Positions 1-12,884 of a stretch of 64,000 bases of DNA are shown piece by piece; within the stretch, counting starts at the first letter, position 1; each line of letters starts with the position of its first letter. Origin of the DNA: Octopus vulgaris (lineage: Eukaryota); contig OX597814.1 of the NCBI GenBank assembly GCA_951406725.2, positions 32,984,001-33,048,000 of the forward strand. Reading direction: 5' to 3'. The position numbers were made by a program, and so were the translations under genes. Under the pieces are notes generated by a model, which saw only the letters and a program-made list of their open reading frames with translations, did no database searches and was not told the DNA's origin.

Positions 1-102
1 GCTTGTGTGGCATGGTGCAGAGTTCTGTTGACAGACATAGGGTCTTCGAGCAGTCACCCTCTTGATCCAAGGCATCACTACCTCCTCCAAGCACTTGATG
101 TA
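1..102 (-). pseudogene. Tc1/mariner-superfamily (maT/DD37D-like) transposase fragment, running off the window edge
   Basis: Minus strand translates YIKCLEEVVMPWIKRVTARRPYVCQQNSAPCHTS, matching the QQDxAPxH motif around the second catalytic Asp (here D>N). Confidence 0.75.
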
Positions 103-431
103 TCTGAAATGTTTGTACTGGAGCTTCCCGTTCCAATGCCAATTAGTACAGCATATTTCCAAATTACTTAATTGCGTTATGGTGCTGTTTTTCTCACAGA
201 CGGCGCCTAAACTAATCCTACTACACTGGGTAATCGACAAAATCCAAAACAAACAATGCACAAGACATGTTCTTGCCCCCCAGACAGAAGGTAAACTCTT
301 TTTACTTCAAATTTTTATTGATATAAGATGTGAATCATCGAAACCGGTAATATTTTCTTTATATAATTTTAAAAATCATTTTTACTAAATTCCCTCTTAA
401 ATTGAAACGTCTTAGACCTACTTTTTTGCTA

Positions 432-572
432 TCTCCACCTCCATCTAATCTGGAACTCAACTGACGAAAGAAAACTCCGAATGACCCGTTCTTGTTTTTT
501 CTTGTCCCTTTTTGTATTATCTAACTGTCTGGATATTTTGCGTTCTTGTCCCATTTTTTGTATTCTTTTTTA
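432..572 (+). mobile_element. Short interspersed repeat tail (probably PLE-derived), related copy at 57290-57530
   Basis: Shares CTGA(C/G)GAAAGAAAA..CGAATGACCC and GATATTTTGCGTTCTTGTCCC with the 57.4-kb copy; both end at TA repeats. Confidence 0.55.
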
Positions 573-618
573 TATACATGTAGCGGCGTACGTACACTTT
601 GGTCTTTTATATGTTAGT

Positions 619-651
<33 letters not shown>

Positions 652-665
652 CATGACGATGAGCT

Positions 666-743
<78 letters not shown>

Positions 744-744
744 C

Positions 745-948
745 GGTGAGCTGGCAGAATCGTTAGCACGCCGAGCAAAATGCTTAGCTGCATTTCATCC
801 GCCTTTTGTTCAAATTCCACCAAGGTCGATTTTACCTTTCATCCTTTCGGGGTCGATAAATTAACTACCAGTAAAACACGAGAGGCGATGTAATCAACTA
901 GTTCCCTCACCCCAAATTTCAAGCCTTGTTCCTTTAGTAGAAAGGATT
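745..948 (+). mobile_element. tRNA-derived SINE, family A (Meta-domain-like core)
   Basis: Head GGTGAGCTGGCAGAATCGTTAG, B-box-like GTTCAAATTCC, core CCTTTCATCCTTTCGGGGTCGATAAA; many other copies in the window. Confidence 0.85.
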
Positions 949-3097
949 GTATGTATATTTATATATAAATATATAATGATACATTCATACATACTTACAT
1001 ACATACATACGTGCATATACCATCAGATATGTCCGTATTAAACACTGATGTAATGCACTCAGTTGTAATCTCTTACTAATGCTAAAGCTGTTATATGTGC
1101 ACCATTCGCAGGAAAACATATTCTACTGTTGTTCTAGGGAAAGACACCTATTCTACCTCTTGCTTTCTACATACCTTTGAAGCTCAGCCTTTATCTACTA
1201 TAATCAATATCTCTGAATTGCCAAAAGTCATGCATTTTGGAGTGTACCTCTAGTGTGCAAGTTGAACCGATAAATACATGCATAATACGCGCTCAAACAC
1301 AATATGATATAAAATAATATAAAAATTAGATAGATACATACATGTGTCGTTTTATTCCATGACTGTTTTGATGATCAAAATAATTGAAGCAGTGGTGAAG
1401 GAAAGCAAGCAGCCAGTTAATAAATATATTGTCAGTTGGACAGACCTATAGCGTCAGGTAGTTAAAAGCTACAGTAACCCTTGCACACTGTTAGTTGAAA
1501 CAAAAGTGTTATTCATTTAAGAGTATTGATTTTGAAAACGATTTCTCCTGAACACGTAATTTCATTTCGCCAATGCCAGAAGGTGGTACAACGTCCGAAT
1601 GAACTAGGTCAGTTAATCGTATGAGTGACTATCACGAATACTTGGCACAATAGTTCATGAGTTCATACTTAGCTGCTGGCGATGCATTTTGTCCTAAGGC
1701 AAGTCAATTAACTCGACTAGCCTCCGTCTATCTAGCTGAAAAATCATCTATCAATCCATCTGGGAAGTTGAAGAGTGTTAGGCTGGTGTCCTATCCCGAG
1801 GGAGAATTCTCTCTCATCTGTTTAACGATACGGAAATAAGAGATGAGAGCTGGTCCTATGAGTCATAATGGCTTGAGAAAAGAGTATAAGTGATGTTGAA
1901 TGTTTCTTTCAGGGTTAATATTTATTCTATATAGTTATTTATTTTATTTATTTATTTATTTATTTATTTTATCAACATTGGTTTATTTCACTGTATCACC
2001 AAGATTATTTCTATGTGCCGCAGGTGTCTGCAGTGTATGTATTCTTGTGCAGGTAAGCAAGAATACACACACACACACACACACAAACACGCACAAACAC
2101 AAACATATACATACACGCACAGACACAAACACATACACACATACATTTTAAATACATAGAATGAGTGTCTGAGATTGTGTTTTTCTGTCTGACTGTATGA
2201 TTAAATATATTTATAGATGTCTTTTTTCATATACATATATGTATAAAGCCTGTTATTGCTGAAAGAATTCCAGTATGTATATGTGTACAATTAATCCATC
2301 TGTATGCGTATCTATGGTTGTGCATACGTATATCTATGCTTGTGTATACAGTATGTGTATGAGTACCTATGGTCGTGTATATGTGTATATGTATTTATGA
2401 TTGTGTATACGTCTATGTGTATGTGTGGCTCTGTGTCTGTTAATTTTACTGGTGTCTAGTATTTAGGTGTGTGTGTGTGTGTGTATGTATATAACTTCAT
2501 AGTGTTCATATTGATTCAGTCTTGCTTTCGTACTTCACCATCTTTATCATCGTTGTTGTTGCTGCTGCTGTTAATGTTGTTGTTGCTGATGCAGTCCTTG
2601 TTATTCTTGTTGTTGTTTCAGTTGTTTTGTCATCATCGTCGTCGTCGTTGTTGTTGTTGTTGTTGTATCTAGTACACCCCATTCTTTAACTTTTATATTC
2701 TCTGAATTGATTTGATGATTATTTGTAGTGACTAGCAGGAGTTCTCTTAGGCAGCAGACATTTTGATTAAACACCGGCTCCTTGCAAAAAGAGAAGAAAA
2801 GAAGCGAATAGAGAAAAACAGAGAGTAGGCATGAAAGAATAAGAGAATGAAAACGAACGTGAACGAATGTGTATATATGGAAAACACTATATTTAAAATT
2901 GTTTTGTTTTTCTTTAGATGAGATTATTTTGCCGGTGGTGGTCGTGGTGTTAGTAGTGATGGTGGAGCGTTTATATATTTATTTATTATTTCTATTTTTA
3001 CATTTAAAAAAAATATCATATCATCATTGAAAAGTCGAACAGGCATACAATATGATGTATATACATATATACGTACCTTTGTATTTGTGCGAGTGTC

Positions 3098-3227
3098 TAT
3101 ATATATATACATATATATACATATATATATATATGCATACATATATACATATACGCATATATACACACACACACATATATATATATATATACACATACAT
3201 ATACATACATATCTATATATCTATCTA

Positions 3228-3261
<34 letters not shown>

Positions 3262-3266
3262 CATAC

Positions 3267-3339
<73 letters not shown>

Positions 3340-3543
3340 TATATACATGTATATATATATATGTGTATATATATATATATATATATGTATGTATATATAT
3401 ATACACATATATATATATATATGTATGTATATATATATACACATATATATATATATATATATGATATATATATATATATATATATACATAAACATATATA
3501 TATATGTTTATGTATATATATATATGTATGTATATATATATAC

Positions 3544-3590
<47 letters not shown>

Positions 3591-3627
3591 CATATATATA
3601 TATATACATACATATATATATATATAC

Positions 3628-3668
<41 letters not shown>
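3098..3668. repeat. Long interrupted (TA)n/(TACA)n microsatellite
   Basis: Direct inspection; source of the YI-rich pseudo-ORFs. Confidence 0.95.
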
Positions 3669-3669
<1 letters not shown>

Positions 3670-3949
3670 GATTGTTGTTTTCAATACACAAATGTCTAGT
3701 AATACTATAGTAGGTCTGAAATAGTCTTCTCCTCTCAATTCAAGTCTAGTTTTACTTATTATTCATTAAATATAAAGCTGAATTTTTTTTTCTCTTAGTT
3801 TTGCATGTCTGCTACTACTGAAGTATAGACTTCGTCGAGAGGGTGAATTTCTCTATCAGGATAAGATTCCCACGCGATGAATAGAATTCAGAATCACAGC
3901 ACACCATTATAAAATATTTCTACGTTAATGTTACTGCATACAGTTCCCA

Positions 3950-4253
3950 TTGTGGAGGCACGTGGCCTAGTGGTTGGAGCAGTGGACTCGCGGTCGAGGG
4001 ATCGCGGGTTCGAATCTGAGACCGGGCGATGTGTGTGCTTATGAGTGAAACACGTAAGCATCACGCTGCTCCGGCAGAAGGTAATGGCGAACTTCTGCTG
4101 ACTCTTTCGCCACAACTTTCTCTCACTCTTTCCTCCTGCACCTTGCAGCTCACCTGCCACGGAGCGGCATCCCGTCCAGGTGGAGAACCTATGCGCCAAG
4201 GAATCCGGGAAACCGTCTCTATGAGCCAGACGTTGCTCGAGAAGGAACAAACA
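3950..4253 (+). mobile_element. tRNA-derived SINE, family B, with TSD
   Basis: A box TGGCCTAGTGG, B box GGTTCGAATC; 10-bp TSD ACAGTTCCCA at 3940-3949 and 4254-4263; second copy at 46650. Confidence 0.9.
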
Positions 4254-4398
4254 ACAGTTCCCACTAACCTTCAATTACAACTTTCACTGCTGATATTGTT
4301 ATCGCTGCTGCTGTTGTTGTTTAGTCATCCTAATCAACTGGACCTTCCTGACTTGTCTACAACGCTATTTTTTAAACATATCTAAGCACCATATCTAA

Positions 4399-4563
4399 GG
4401 CGCAGGAGTGGCTGTGTGGTAAGTAGCTTGCTAACCAACCACATGGTTCCGGGTTCAGTCCCACTGCGTGGCATCTTGGGCAAGTGTCTTCTGCTATAGC
4501 CCCGGGCCGACCAATGCCTTGTGAGTGGATTTGGTAGACGGAAACTGAAAGAAGCCTGTCGTA

Positions 4564-4614
<51 letters not shown>

Positions 4615-4806
4615 ATATGTTTGTGTGTCTGCGTTTGTCCCTCTAGCGTTGCTTGACAACCGATGCTGGTGTGTTTACGTCCCCGTCACTTAGAATAAGT
4701 ACTGGGCTTACAAAGAATAAGTCCCGGGGTCGATTTGCTCGACTAAAGGTGGTGCTCCAGCATGGCCGCAGTCAAATGACTGAAACAAGTAAAAGAGTAA
4801 AGAGTA
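4399..4806 (+). mobile_element. tRNA-derived SINE, family C (CORE-like), with internal (TA)n
   Basis: TGGCTGTGTGG and GGTTCAGTCCC boxes, CORE-like CTTGGGCAAGTG, tail GACTGAAACAAGTAAAAGAGTAAAAGAG. Confidence 0.88.
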
Positions 4807-5201
4807 TACCATCCAATGTCACTTGCCCTGCTAAAGATGGTAGCGTGTGACTTATGGAGTATTTTGAGGTTCTACACCAGTTTCACATTACGAATCGCCT
4901 TTTCCTTACTTAGTTGTTTCATACCGTATCGTTTCGGTTATTCCTTATGTCTACTACTTTGTTAAAAGCCGCGTCACGTAAATTCTATATAACCCATTCG
5001 ACTGAGACGTGCGAAAATGCAGTTCTCCGTTGTGAACTGAAGTGGTACTGATGATGTGAATAACAGACAAATGAATAAAAGGCAAATGTTTGTTTACAGA
5101 GCATCAGAATTTGCATGACTCCATTGATCGCAGTAACTAAAATAAGAAATAATCATTAACAGGAAATAAATATTTAAATGAATATATATACATATAGATA
5201 T

Positions 5202-5311
<110 letters not shown>

Positions 5312-5322
5312 ATATATATACG

Positions 5323-5384
<62 letters not shown>

Positions 5385-5385
5385 A

Positions 5386-5590
5386 AGTTAATCCAAACAT
5401 GAAAACACAAAGAGAAAACACAACAACGCGAGGACGTGGAACAAATATAGTATTATTGGACGCTCAGGAAGAAAGGGAAGAAGGAGGGCTTTACGTTTCG
5501 AGCGGAGCTCTTCGTCAGAAACATAGGAAAAGGAAAGATCCAGAGACGGGAAGACGGAGGGAAAAAAATCGCCAACGGTACACACGCGGT

Positions 5591-5645
<55 letters not shown>

Positions 5646-5850
5646 AATCCAAACGGGAAACAAAAAAACAACAACAATGGAACAATTACAGTATTATTAT
5701 TAATAGGCGCTCAGGAAATGGAAGCAGGGAGGTATGACGTTTCGAGCGGAGCTCTTCGTCGGAAACATAAAGAAGGAAGAGAGAGGAAAGAAAGATCCCA
5801 GAGCGGGCAACAGGGATAGAGAAAAAAACGACTGGTGTTTACGAGTTACA
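5386..5850 (-). mobile_element. Two tandem copies of a ~200-bp PLE-type terminal repeat, each with a minimal hammerhead motif
   Basis: 5386-5591 and 5642-5850 are homologous to each other and to 35830-36041(+); both 3' ends abut (TA)n. Confidence 0.75.
5489..5521 (-). ncRNA. Minimal type I hammerhead ribozyme motif
   Basis: TTT-CTGACGA-A-GAGC-TCC-GCTC-GAAA-CG-TA-AAG: full core, 4-bp stem II, palindromic ACGT stem III. Confidence 0.7.
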
Positions 5851-6439
5851 CATGGTGAAAGGCGGATGTTTACGATAACAAGAGCAAAGTAGGTTTTTAA
5901 AGGCAAAAGAGTGGAGACAAGGTTGGTAACGCAACAGATGTGTGTGTATGTGTGAGTGTGTGCGTGTGCGTGTGTGTATGTGTGTGTGTGAGGCGAGATA
6001 AAAAAACAAAAAATATATGTATGTGTTAGTGTGTGCGTCTGTGTGTAGGCGTGTGAGGTAGGGCGAGACAGTGGTCAGCATAGCAGACAAAGGTCAGTAG
6101 TAAGAAAAAGAAGGAAGGAGGAAGGGAGGGAGGGGAAGGGGTAGGGGCGTATGTAGCGTGCCAGCGTGTGTTGAGTAGTAGTGTGTGTATGTGTCCAGTG
6201 TCGTGGTAGTATTAATGGCGAGTAGATTGAATGTGTGTAAGAGTAATGTATATATTTAAGCAATGTGTGTATATGTGTGCGCGTGTGTGTAACGAAAAAG
6301 GGGGGTTAAGGAAAAAGGACTCCAGCTGAGGGGAAGATGGAAGAGTGGTCCCGCGGAGACGGCGGTGGGAAAACCCAACGACAAGCGACGGTCCCAGGAA
6401 CGGGCGGGAGGTCTCGTCGGGTCCAAGAGCGAGGTGCAT

Positions 6440-8030
6440 GCGGCGCGTATGCGTGCGCGAACCGGCGCAAGCGCGTGTGTGCGCGCGCCTGCGAGTATGC
6501 GCGTAAGTATGTATGTGTGTGGATGTGTGAGTGTGTCTGTGTGTATGTCTGGGTGGCAGTGTGTCCGATGAATGTATGTGAGTATGTGTGTATATATGTG
6601 TGTGCATAGATGTATGTCCGTGTGTGTGTGTGTGTGTGTATGTGTATGAGTGTGTATGTATGTACGTGTGGGTGTGGGGAAGTGTGTGTATGTGCATGTG
6701 TGTGCGCGTACATACAGGTGTGTGAGTGAGTGTGTGTGTGTGTATGTATGTGTGAGTGTGTATGTATGTGTGTGTAGGATGCATGTATGTGTATGGGTGT
6801 ATGTATGCGTGTGTGTATGTATGTATGTGTACGTGCGTGTGTGTGTGTGTATGCGTGTAGGTGTGCGCGTGTGCATGCATGCATGCATGTGCGTATGTGT
6901 GTGTGTGCATGTGTGTGGGTATATATGTATGTGCGTATATGTGTGTGTATGTGCGTACATGTGTGTGTGTGTATGCATGTGTGTGTATGTAGGTGTGTAG
7001 GCGTGTGTGTATAGGTGAATGTATGTAAGTATGTATGGGTGTGTCCGTGTATGTGTGTGTATGTATGTGTGTGTCTGTAGGTGTGTGGGCGTGTGTATAT
7101 GTGTGTGTATGTAGGTGTGTGGGCGTGTGTATATAGGTGTATGTATGTATGTCTGGGTGTGTCAGTGCATGTTTGTGTGTGTGTGTGTATGCATGTGTAT
7201 GTAGGTGTGTGTGTACGTGTGTAATGTATGTGTGTATGCGTGCGTGTGTGTATGTAGGTGCGTGTGTATGTGTGTGGGAGTGTAGGTGTGTGTGTGCGTG
7301 TGCGTGTTTATGTTGGTGTGTGCGTATGTGAGTGTGAGTGTATGGGTGTTTGTCATGCATGTGTGTGCGCGTGCAGGTGAGTGTGTGTGTAAGTATGTGT
7401 GTGTGTATGTTTGTGTGAGTGTGTATGTGTGTATGTCTGTGTGTATGTATGTGCGTATAGGAGTATGTAGGTATGTGTGTGTGTATGTATATGGGTGTAT
7501 GTATGTATGTGTGTGTGTGTGCATGTGTATAAGTATTTGTGTGTGTGCGTATGTGTGTGTATGTGTATGTGTGTGTGTTTATGTATGTGTGTATGTATGT
7601 GTGTAGGCGTGTGTGTGTAGATGTATGTATGTATGGGTGTGTGTGTGTGTGTGTTTGTGTGTGTGTGTAGGTAGATGTGTGTGTCTGAGTGAGGGTATGG
7701 CTGTGTAGGTGTGTGTGTGTATGAATGTAAGTGTGTGTGTATACAAGTGTAATGTATGTATGTAGGTGTGTGTGTGTGTGTATGTGTACGTGTGCGTGTG
7801 TATGTGTGTGTGTATGCGTGTGAGTGTGAGTGTATGGGTGTATGTCTGTGTGTGTGTATGTCTGAAGTAGGTATGTGTGTGTATGTATGTATGTGTGTGT
7901 GTGTGCGGGTATGTGTGTGTGTGTGTATGTGTGTGTGTGAGTAGGTGTGCGTGTATGTATGTGGGTAGGGATGCATGCGAGTGTGTGGGTATGTATGCAT
8001 ACATACGCACGCGCACATCCGAAGCATATA
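6440..8030. repeat. Degenerate (TG)n/(TATG)n low-complexity tract
   Basis: Direct inspection; explains the 633-aa His/Thr pseudo-ORF. Confidence 0.95.
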
Positions 8031-8033
8031 TAT

Positions 8034-8078
<45 letters not shown>

Positions 8079-8129
8079 CATATAAATATACATATATATA
8101 TATATACATACATACATATAAATATATAT

Positions 8130-8182
<53 letters not shown>

Positions 8183-8502
8183 AAATATGTATAACCTATG
8201 TATATATCTATAAATATACGCATATATATGCTTACACACACACACACATGACAGGTTTCTTTCAGTCAATGATGACATGGATGTTCAACAACACTGTCTG
8301 TCCCATGTTACTTTATGCGACATGAGAGGTTTGTTCACTGTTTGTGTAACAGGGAAAGATGCATAAATCTATGACTTTAACATCGATTGTTTAATTATTG
8401 CTGATCATTGATGAAGTAAGGTCCATGAATGCATAATATATCTACTATTATTATATAATGACTTCGGCATTTTAAACTAATATATATATGTATATATATG
8501 TA

Positions 8503-8568
<66 letters not shown>

Positions 8569-8571
8569 TAC

Positions 8572-8611
<40 letters not shown>

Positions 8612-8614
<3 letters not shown>

Positions 8615-9300
8615 AAAAATATGATAAAATCTTAATAAGAAATCTTAACAAGAAATTATAAAGTAGTTAGCGTGAAAAACCTCATAAGAGAAAAAAACTG
8701 TAAATTTTTTTCTTTGAAAATATTTATTTATATTGTATAGAGGGCATTATTACACATAAATGCCGCACACTAGGAGGGACTCTTAAAGTCATAACTACCA
8801 AATATAAACAAATCGTATCGAATGCAATTCTCGAAGCGAGTCATTTAAAAACAGAATTTAGCTCCATATCACCTGTGATTTCGCAATTAACGCATTATCC
8901 GCGTCCCTTGCTCTTCAGTGAAGCGAATCCAAGATATATCATTAATAAACAAAAACATCATACCAGATAGATAACCATCGCCTCCATCGTAGAATATGGA
9001 AATGTTTACCTATCATACACCTATGTAAATGGCGGGCTCTTTCGAATTGCATTTCGGTAACAACGTGCTTCTTCGGAACAAATTTTAAAAATAGGATAAA
9101 ATCTTAATAAGAAATCTTAACACGAAATTATCAAGTAGTTAGCGTGAAAAACCTCATAAGAGAAAAATGCTGTAAATTTTTTTCTTTGAAAATATTTATT
9201 TATATCGTATAGAGGGCATTATTACACATAAATACCGCACGCTAGGAGGGACGCTTAAAGTCATAACTACCAAATATAAACAAATCGTACCGAATGCAAA
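8612..9300 (-). mobile_element. HHR-bearing tandem element, 472-bp period, about 1.45 copies
   Basis: CTTAATAAGAAATC at 8631 and 9103; ~215 bp duplicated; 3' end abuts (TA)n at 8611. Confidence 0.8.
8861..8924 (-). ncRNA. Type I hammerhead ribozyme motif
   Basis: GCTTCA-CTGAAGA-GCAA.ACGC..GCGT.TTGC-GAAA-TCAC.AG.GTGA-TA-TGGAGC: all three stems and a canonical core. Confidence 0.85.
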
Positions 9301-9884
9301 TCTGATCATTATGTCAAACTGTCGTTGGCCCTTTGGTTGAACTACTGTAGTTCTACAATGTGACTAAATCTATATGACTGTATATATAATTATTCATAAG
9401 CACGCTCTAGTAACACGCTACTCATCAAATATTCTTCTGACAATTTAAGAAGTACCATTATTCGAAGACTAAAGCACTTAGAATATTTTACTATTCAAAC
9501 TGTTTACGCAACACACAGTAACTCAAATTACGATGTCATTCATTGCTGGTTTCCTATTTTGACCCTAATTGTCTGTGCACACAGCATTGTTTTCTTTCGA
9601 GGAGAATACGACCCACAATTTCCGAACTGACTTTTCAACAAAGATCACTAATTTGTCTTATTTTCATAATCTTATTTACAGAATGAATAATGTTCATGAC
9701 TGGACGAGTATAACATCCACCTAGATACAGTAAAGTCAGTAGTATTTCATTTTGTACATTTGCCATGTCGCAATGCGATGGAGAGGAGGTTTGCATTTTA
9801 CCCAACCGCAGTTAACAAAGTAGCAGTAATACATTATAATATAGCTATCAGTACATTTGCTAATATAATATAAAATATGTTTCA

Positions 9885-10151
9885 TAAGTGTACTTGTAAG
9901 GCAAGTGATTTGATCTGAGATTTGATCTGTGATTTGATCTGAGATCTGATCTGAGATCGCGTGTTATAAAAATAAAACAATAACAGTATGAAAGGCACAT
10001 ATCATCCATTTAAAAGTACACAAAAGCTGTTAACTTCGCTGATTTGATCTGTGATTTGATCTGAGATCGCGTGTTATAAAAATAAAACAATAACAGTATG
10101 AAAGCACATATCATCCATTTAAAAGTACACAAAAGCTGTTAACTTCGCTGA
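9885..10151. repeat. Diverged repeat with 12-bp GATTTGATCTGW units and a ~110-bp tandem duplication
   Basis: 9918-10042 is repeated at 10041-10151; similar to the reverse complement of 12620-12748. Confidence 0.75.
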
Positions 10152-10328
10152 AATATTTTATAATTTGGTGTCAACATTTTTGCCATACCAATTGTACTGC
10201 ATCCTCGTTAATGGCCATGTCGCAGTCGGCGCGACAAAAATTATGACGCCAAATAATAAATGTTGAAGGGAAGTCAAGTCTTTCACTGTTTTATAATAAT
10301 TAATATATTATAATCTGTACTTAACAAA

Positions 10329-10625
10329 CAGGCGTGGCTCTGTGATAAGAAATTTGTTTCCCAATCATATAGTTATGGGTTCAATCCCACTCAAGGTAAC
10401 TTTCTTTCAGGTGGCGAGCTGGCAGAATCGTTAGCACACCGCGCAAAATACTAAGCGGTAATTCAGCTGTCTTTAAGTTCTGAGTTCAAATTCCGCCGAG
10501 GTCGACTTTGCCTGCTATCCTTTCGGGATCGATTAAATATGTACCAGTTGAGCACTAGGGTTGATATAATCGACTAACCACCCCACCGAACATGGTGTAT
10601 TCGTAAGAAAATTTGAAATTAATAT
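10329..10625 (+). mobile_element. Truncated family C SINE head followed by a family A SINE
   Basis: GGCGTGGCTCTGTG..GGGTTCAATCCC, then GGCGAGCTGGCAGAATCGTTAG..CCTTTCGGGATCGAT. Confidence 0.8.
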
Positions 10626-10795
10626 ACTATAAACGCTACTTACGAAATGATATTTTGTGCCAAATAAATATATATGCTGCTTCAAAATAACTGCAAATAT
10701 ACCGTATATATTATTTTAGAATGTCTGAAACGGAGGCGAAAAATATGGAAATGGAACTAGAAAATATTTCAGCACAGTAGATAGTCGAACAGCCA

Positions 10796-10863
<68 letters not shown>

Positions 10864-11134
10864 TACATACATATATATACTGCAAGTATATAACGTATGA
10901 AAGTAATTCTCGCCAATAGACATAACAAATAAATAAACGCACGTAGAACAAAATAAATCCTGCCTTAATTTTGGCCAGGTATTATCGTTGTAATATTCAA
11001 GTGTATTTTTTAATGTTTAAATGTTTTATATTTGCTATGCAGACGTATACATGCATACCTATCTTATGTGTGTGTGAGTGTGTGTGCATATACATATATC
11101 AATGCATTTTTGTGTTTCAATATACGTTTATGTT

Positions 11135-11199
<65 letters not shown>

Positions 11200-12093
11200 G
11201 TATATATATGTATTTATGTATGTATATACGTCTCTGTATATGTGTACATATATGTATACGTATGCACATATATATATATATATATACATACATACATACA
11301 TACAAGCACACAGAACAATATATTAGTGCATGTTTCAAGATATATATATATATATGCGTGTGTGTGTGTATATGTATGTATGTATGTATATATGTATATA
11401 TATATAACGCTAGAGTTTGTTTTTCTTGATATGTGCTGAGAGGGGATAAAGAAGCCGAGGAAGTTTAGGCGCTAAACTTTATCTGTTTTAAGACGGCTTA
11501 TAATAGATCTTTCCTTTGGCCCTCAATATTTCAGCTCCTTTATGGACATGACACATGTTTTGTTATATTATGAATGCAAAACCACCTTTGGCATAAATCT
11601 GATGGCTGTCTCAAATACCTGGCTTCATTTTGTTTCCTAACAAGTAACGAGAAATTATGTGTAAGTGTACATGTTCCATTATGCATGTGTATATGTTTGT
11701 TTGTGATTGTGTTTTTGCGAGATTACGTATTTGTGATTCTTCAAGTAATTATAGGTATGTGTGGGTGTTTATCCGTGTATTCGCTTGGTATAAGCGAAGG
11801 AAGTGGGAGTGTAATCCAAGAAGGTTGAGGGGCGGGAGATAATAGGAGAAATGGCAATGAAAGATGGTGATGGAATAAACTCTTCAACGTTGCCGAATAC
11901 GGGGGGTTACTCAGAATAGAAAGTAGCGGAATCATGAGAAAGAGAGAGATGGAGAGCAAAAGCGAAGAAAAGAATGGGAGCAGAAGTGGGAGGTATCTAA
12001 AATATGCGATAGAGTGAGAGAGAATGTTTAAGTAAAATTAATATGCGTTTTGAGAAGAGAGAGAGAGAGAGGGAGAGAGAGACAGAGAGAGAC

Positions 12094-12164
<71 letters not shown>

Positions 12165-12363
12165 GAAACAGAAGACAAACCGTGAAAGGGACAGAAGGTA
12201 AAAAGAGAAGAAGCAAGGATTGTAACGAGTTGCAGAAATGTAATGAAAAGAAACAAATAAGAGTGCGTGAAACTAATGCAGCGAATGATATTGTGACTTA
12301 CTTTAAAAATACATTTGGTTGTAAAACGTGTGCGAGTGGAAAGACAGACAGACAGACAAACAG

Positions 12364-12407
<44 letters not shown>

Positions 12408-12489
12408 TCTATATCAGTCCGATTCGATTTCTTCATGTATGTATGTACATGTGTATGTTGTGATTTTGTCATTTGATATATATATATAT

Positions 12490-12692
12490 ACAATTGCAGC
12501 GTGGAAGGTGTTTATAAGCCATTTAAGAAACACACAAAAGCCGTTCGATTCACTTCAACATTTAAGTTTAATTTGTCAAAATATTTTCGTCGCTAAAATA
12601 TTTTGACAAATTAAACTTAAATGTTGAAGTGAATCGAACGGCTTTTGTGTGTTTCTTAAATGGCTTATAAACACCTTCCACGCTGCAATTGT
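12490..12692. repeat. Perfect palindrome, 98-bp arms, 7-nt spacer
   Basis: 12490-12587 is the reverse complement of 12595-12692; spacer CGTCGCT. Confidence 0.92.
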
Positions 12693-12745
12693 TTTCGTTT
12701 CAGCACACGATCTCAGATCAAATTACTTGCTATGCGAGTACATCT

Positions 12746-12797
<52 letters not shown>

Positions 12798-12846
12798 AAA
12801 CAAGTAAAAAATAGAAAATGCTAAAATAATTTTATAGTGAACATTT

Positions 12847-12884
12847 CAGTACCGGTTTCGGTCATTTTGAGACCTTTTCAACTG
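12847..12884 (-). ncRNA. Minimal type I hammerhead motif, U3-A8 variant
   Basis: CAG-TTGAAAA-GGTC-TCAAAAT-GACC-GAAA-CCGG-TA-CTG. Confidence 0.8.

Noticed and set aside
458-495. CTGACGA..GAAT hammerhead-like motif (also near 57402)
   Set aside because: Stem II is weak and GAAA plus stem III are not satisfied.
2024-2052. Possible 29-nt exon (CAG acceptor, GTAAGC donor)
   Set aside because: No linked exons; cannot be separated from chance without RNA-seq.
3955-4027. tRNA-like A and B boxes
   Set aside because: SINE heads with TSD-bounded bodies, not tRNA genes.
6212-8113. 633-aa His/Thr-rich ORF
   Set aside because: Read-through of a degenerate (CA)n tract; no domain signal.
9905-9960. Short direct repeats as a CRISPR-like array
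   Set aside because: Contiguous 12-bp tandem units without unique spacers, in eukaryotic context.
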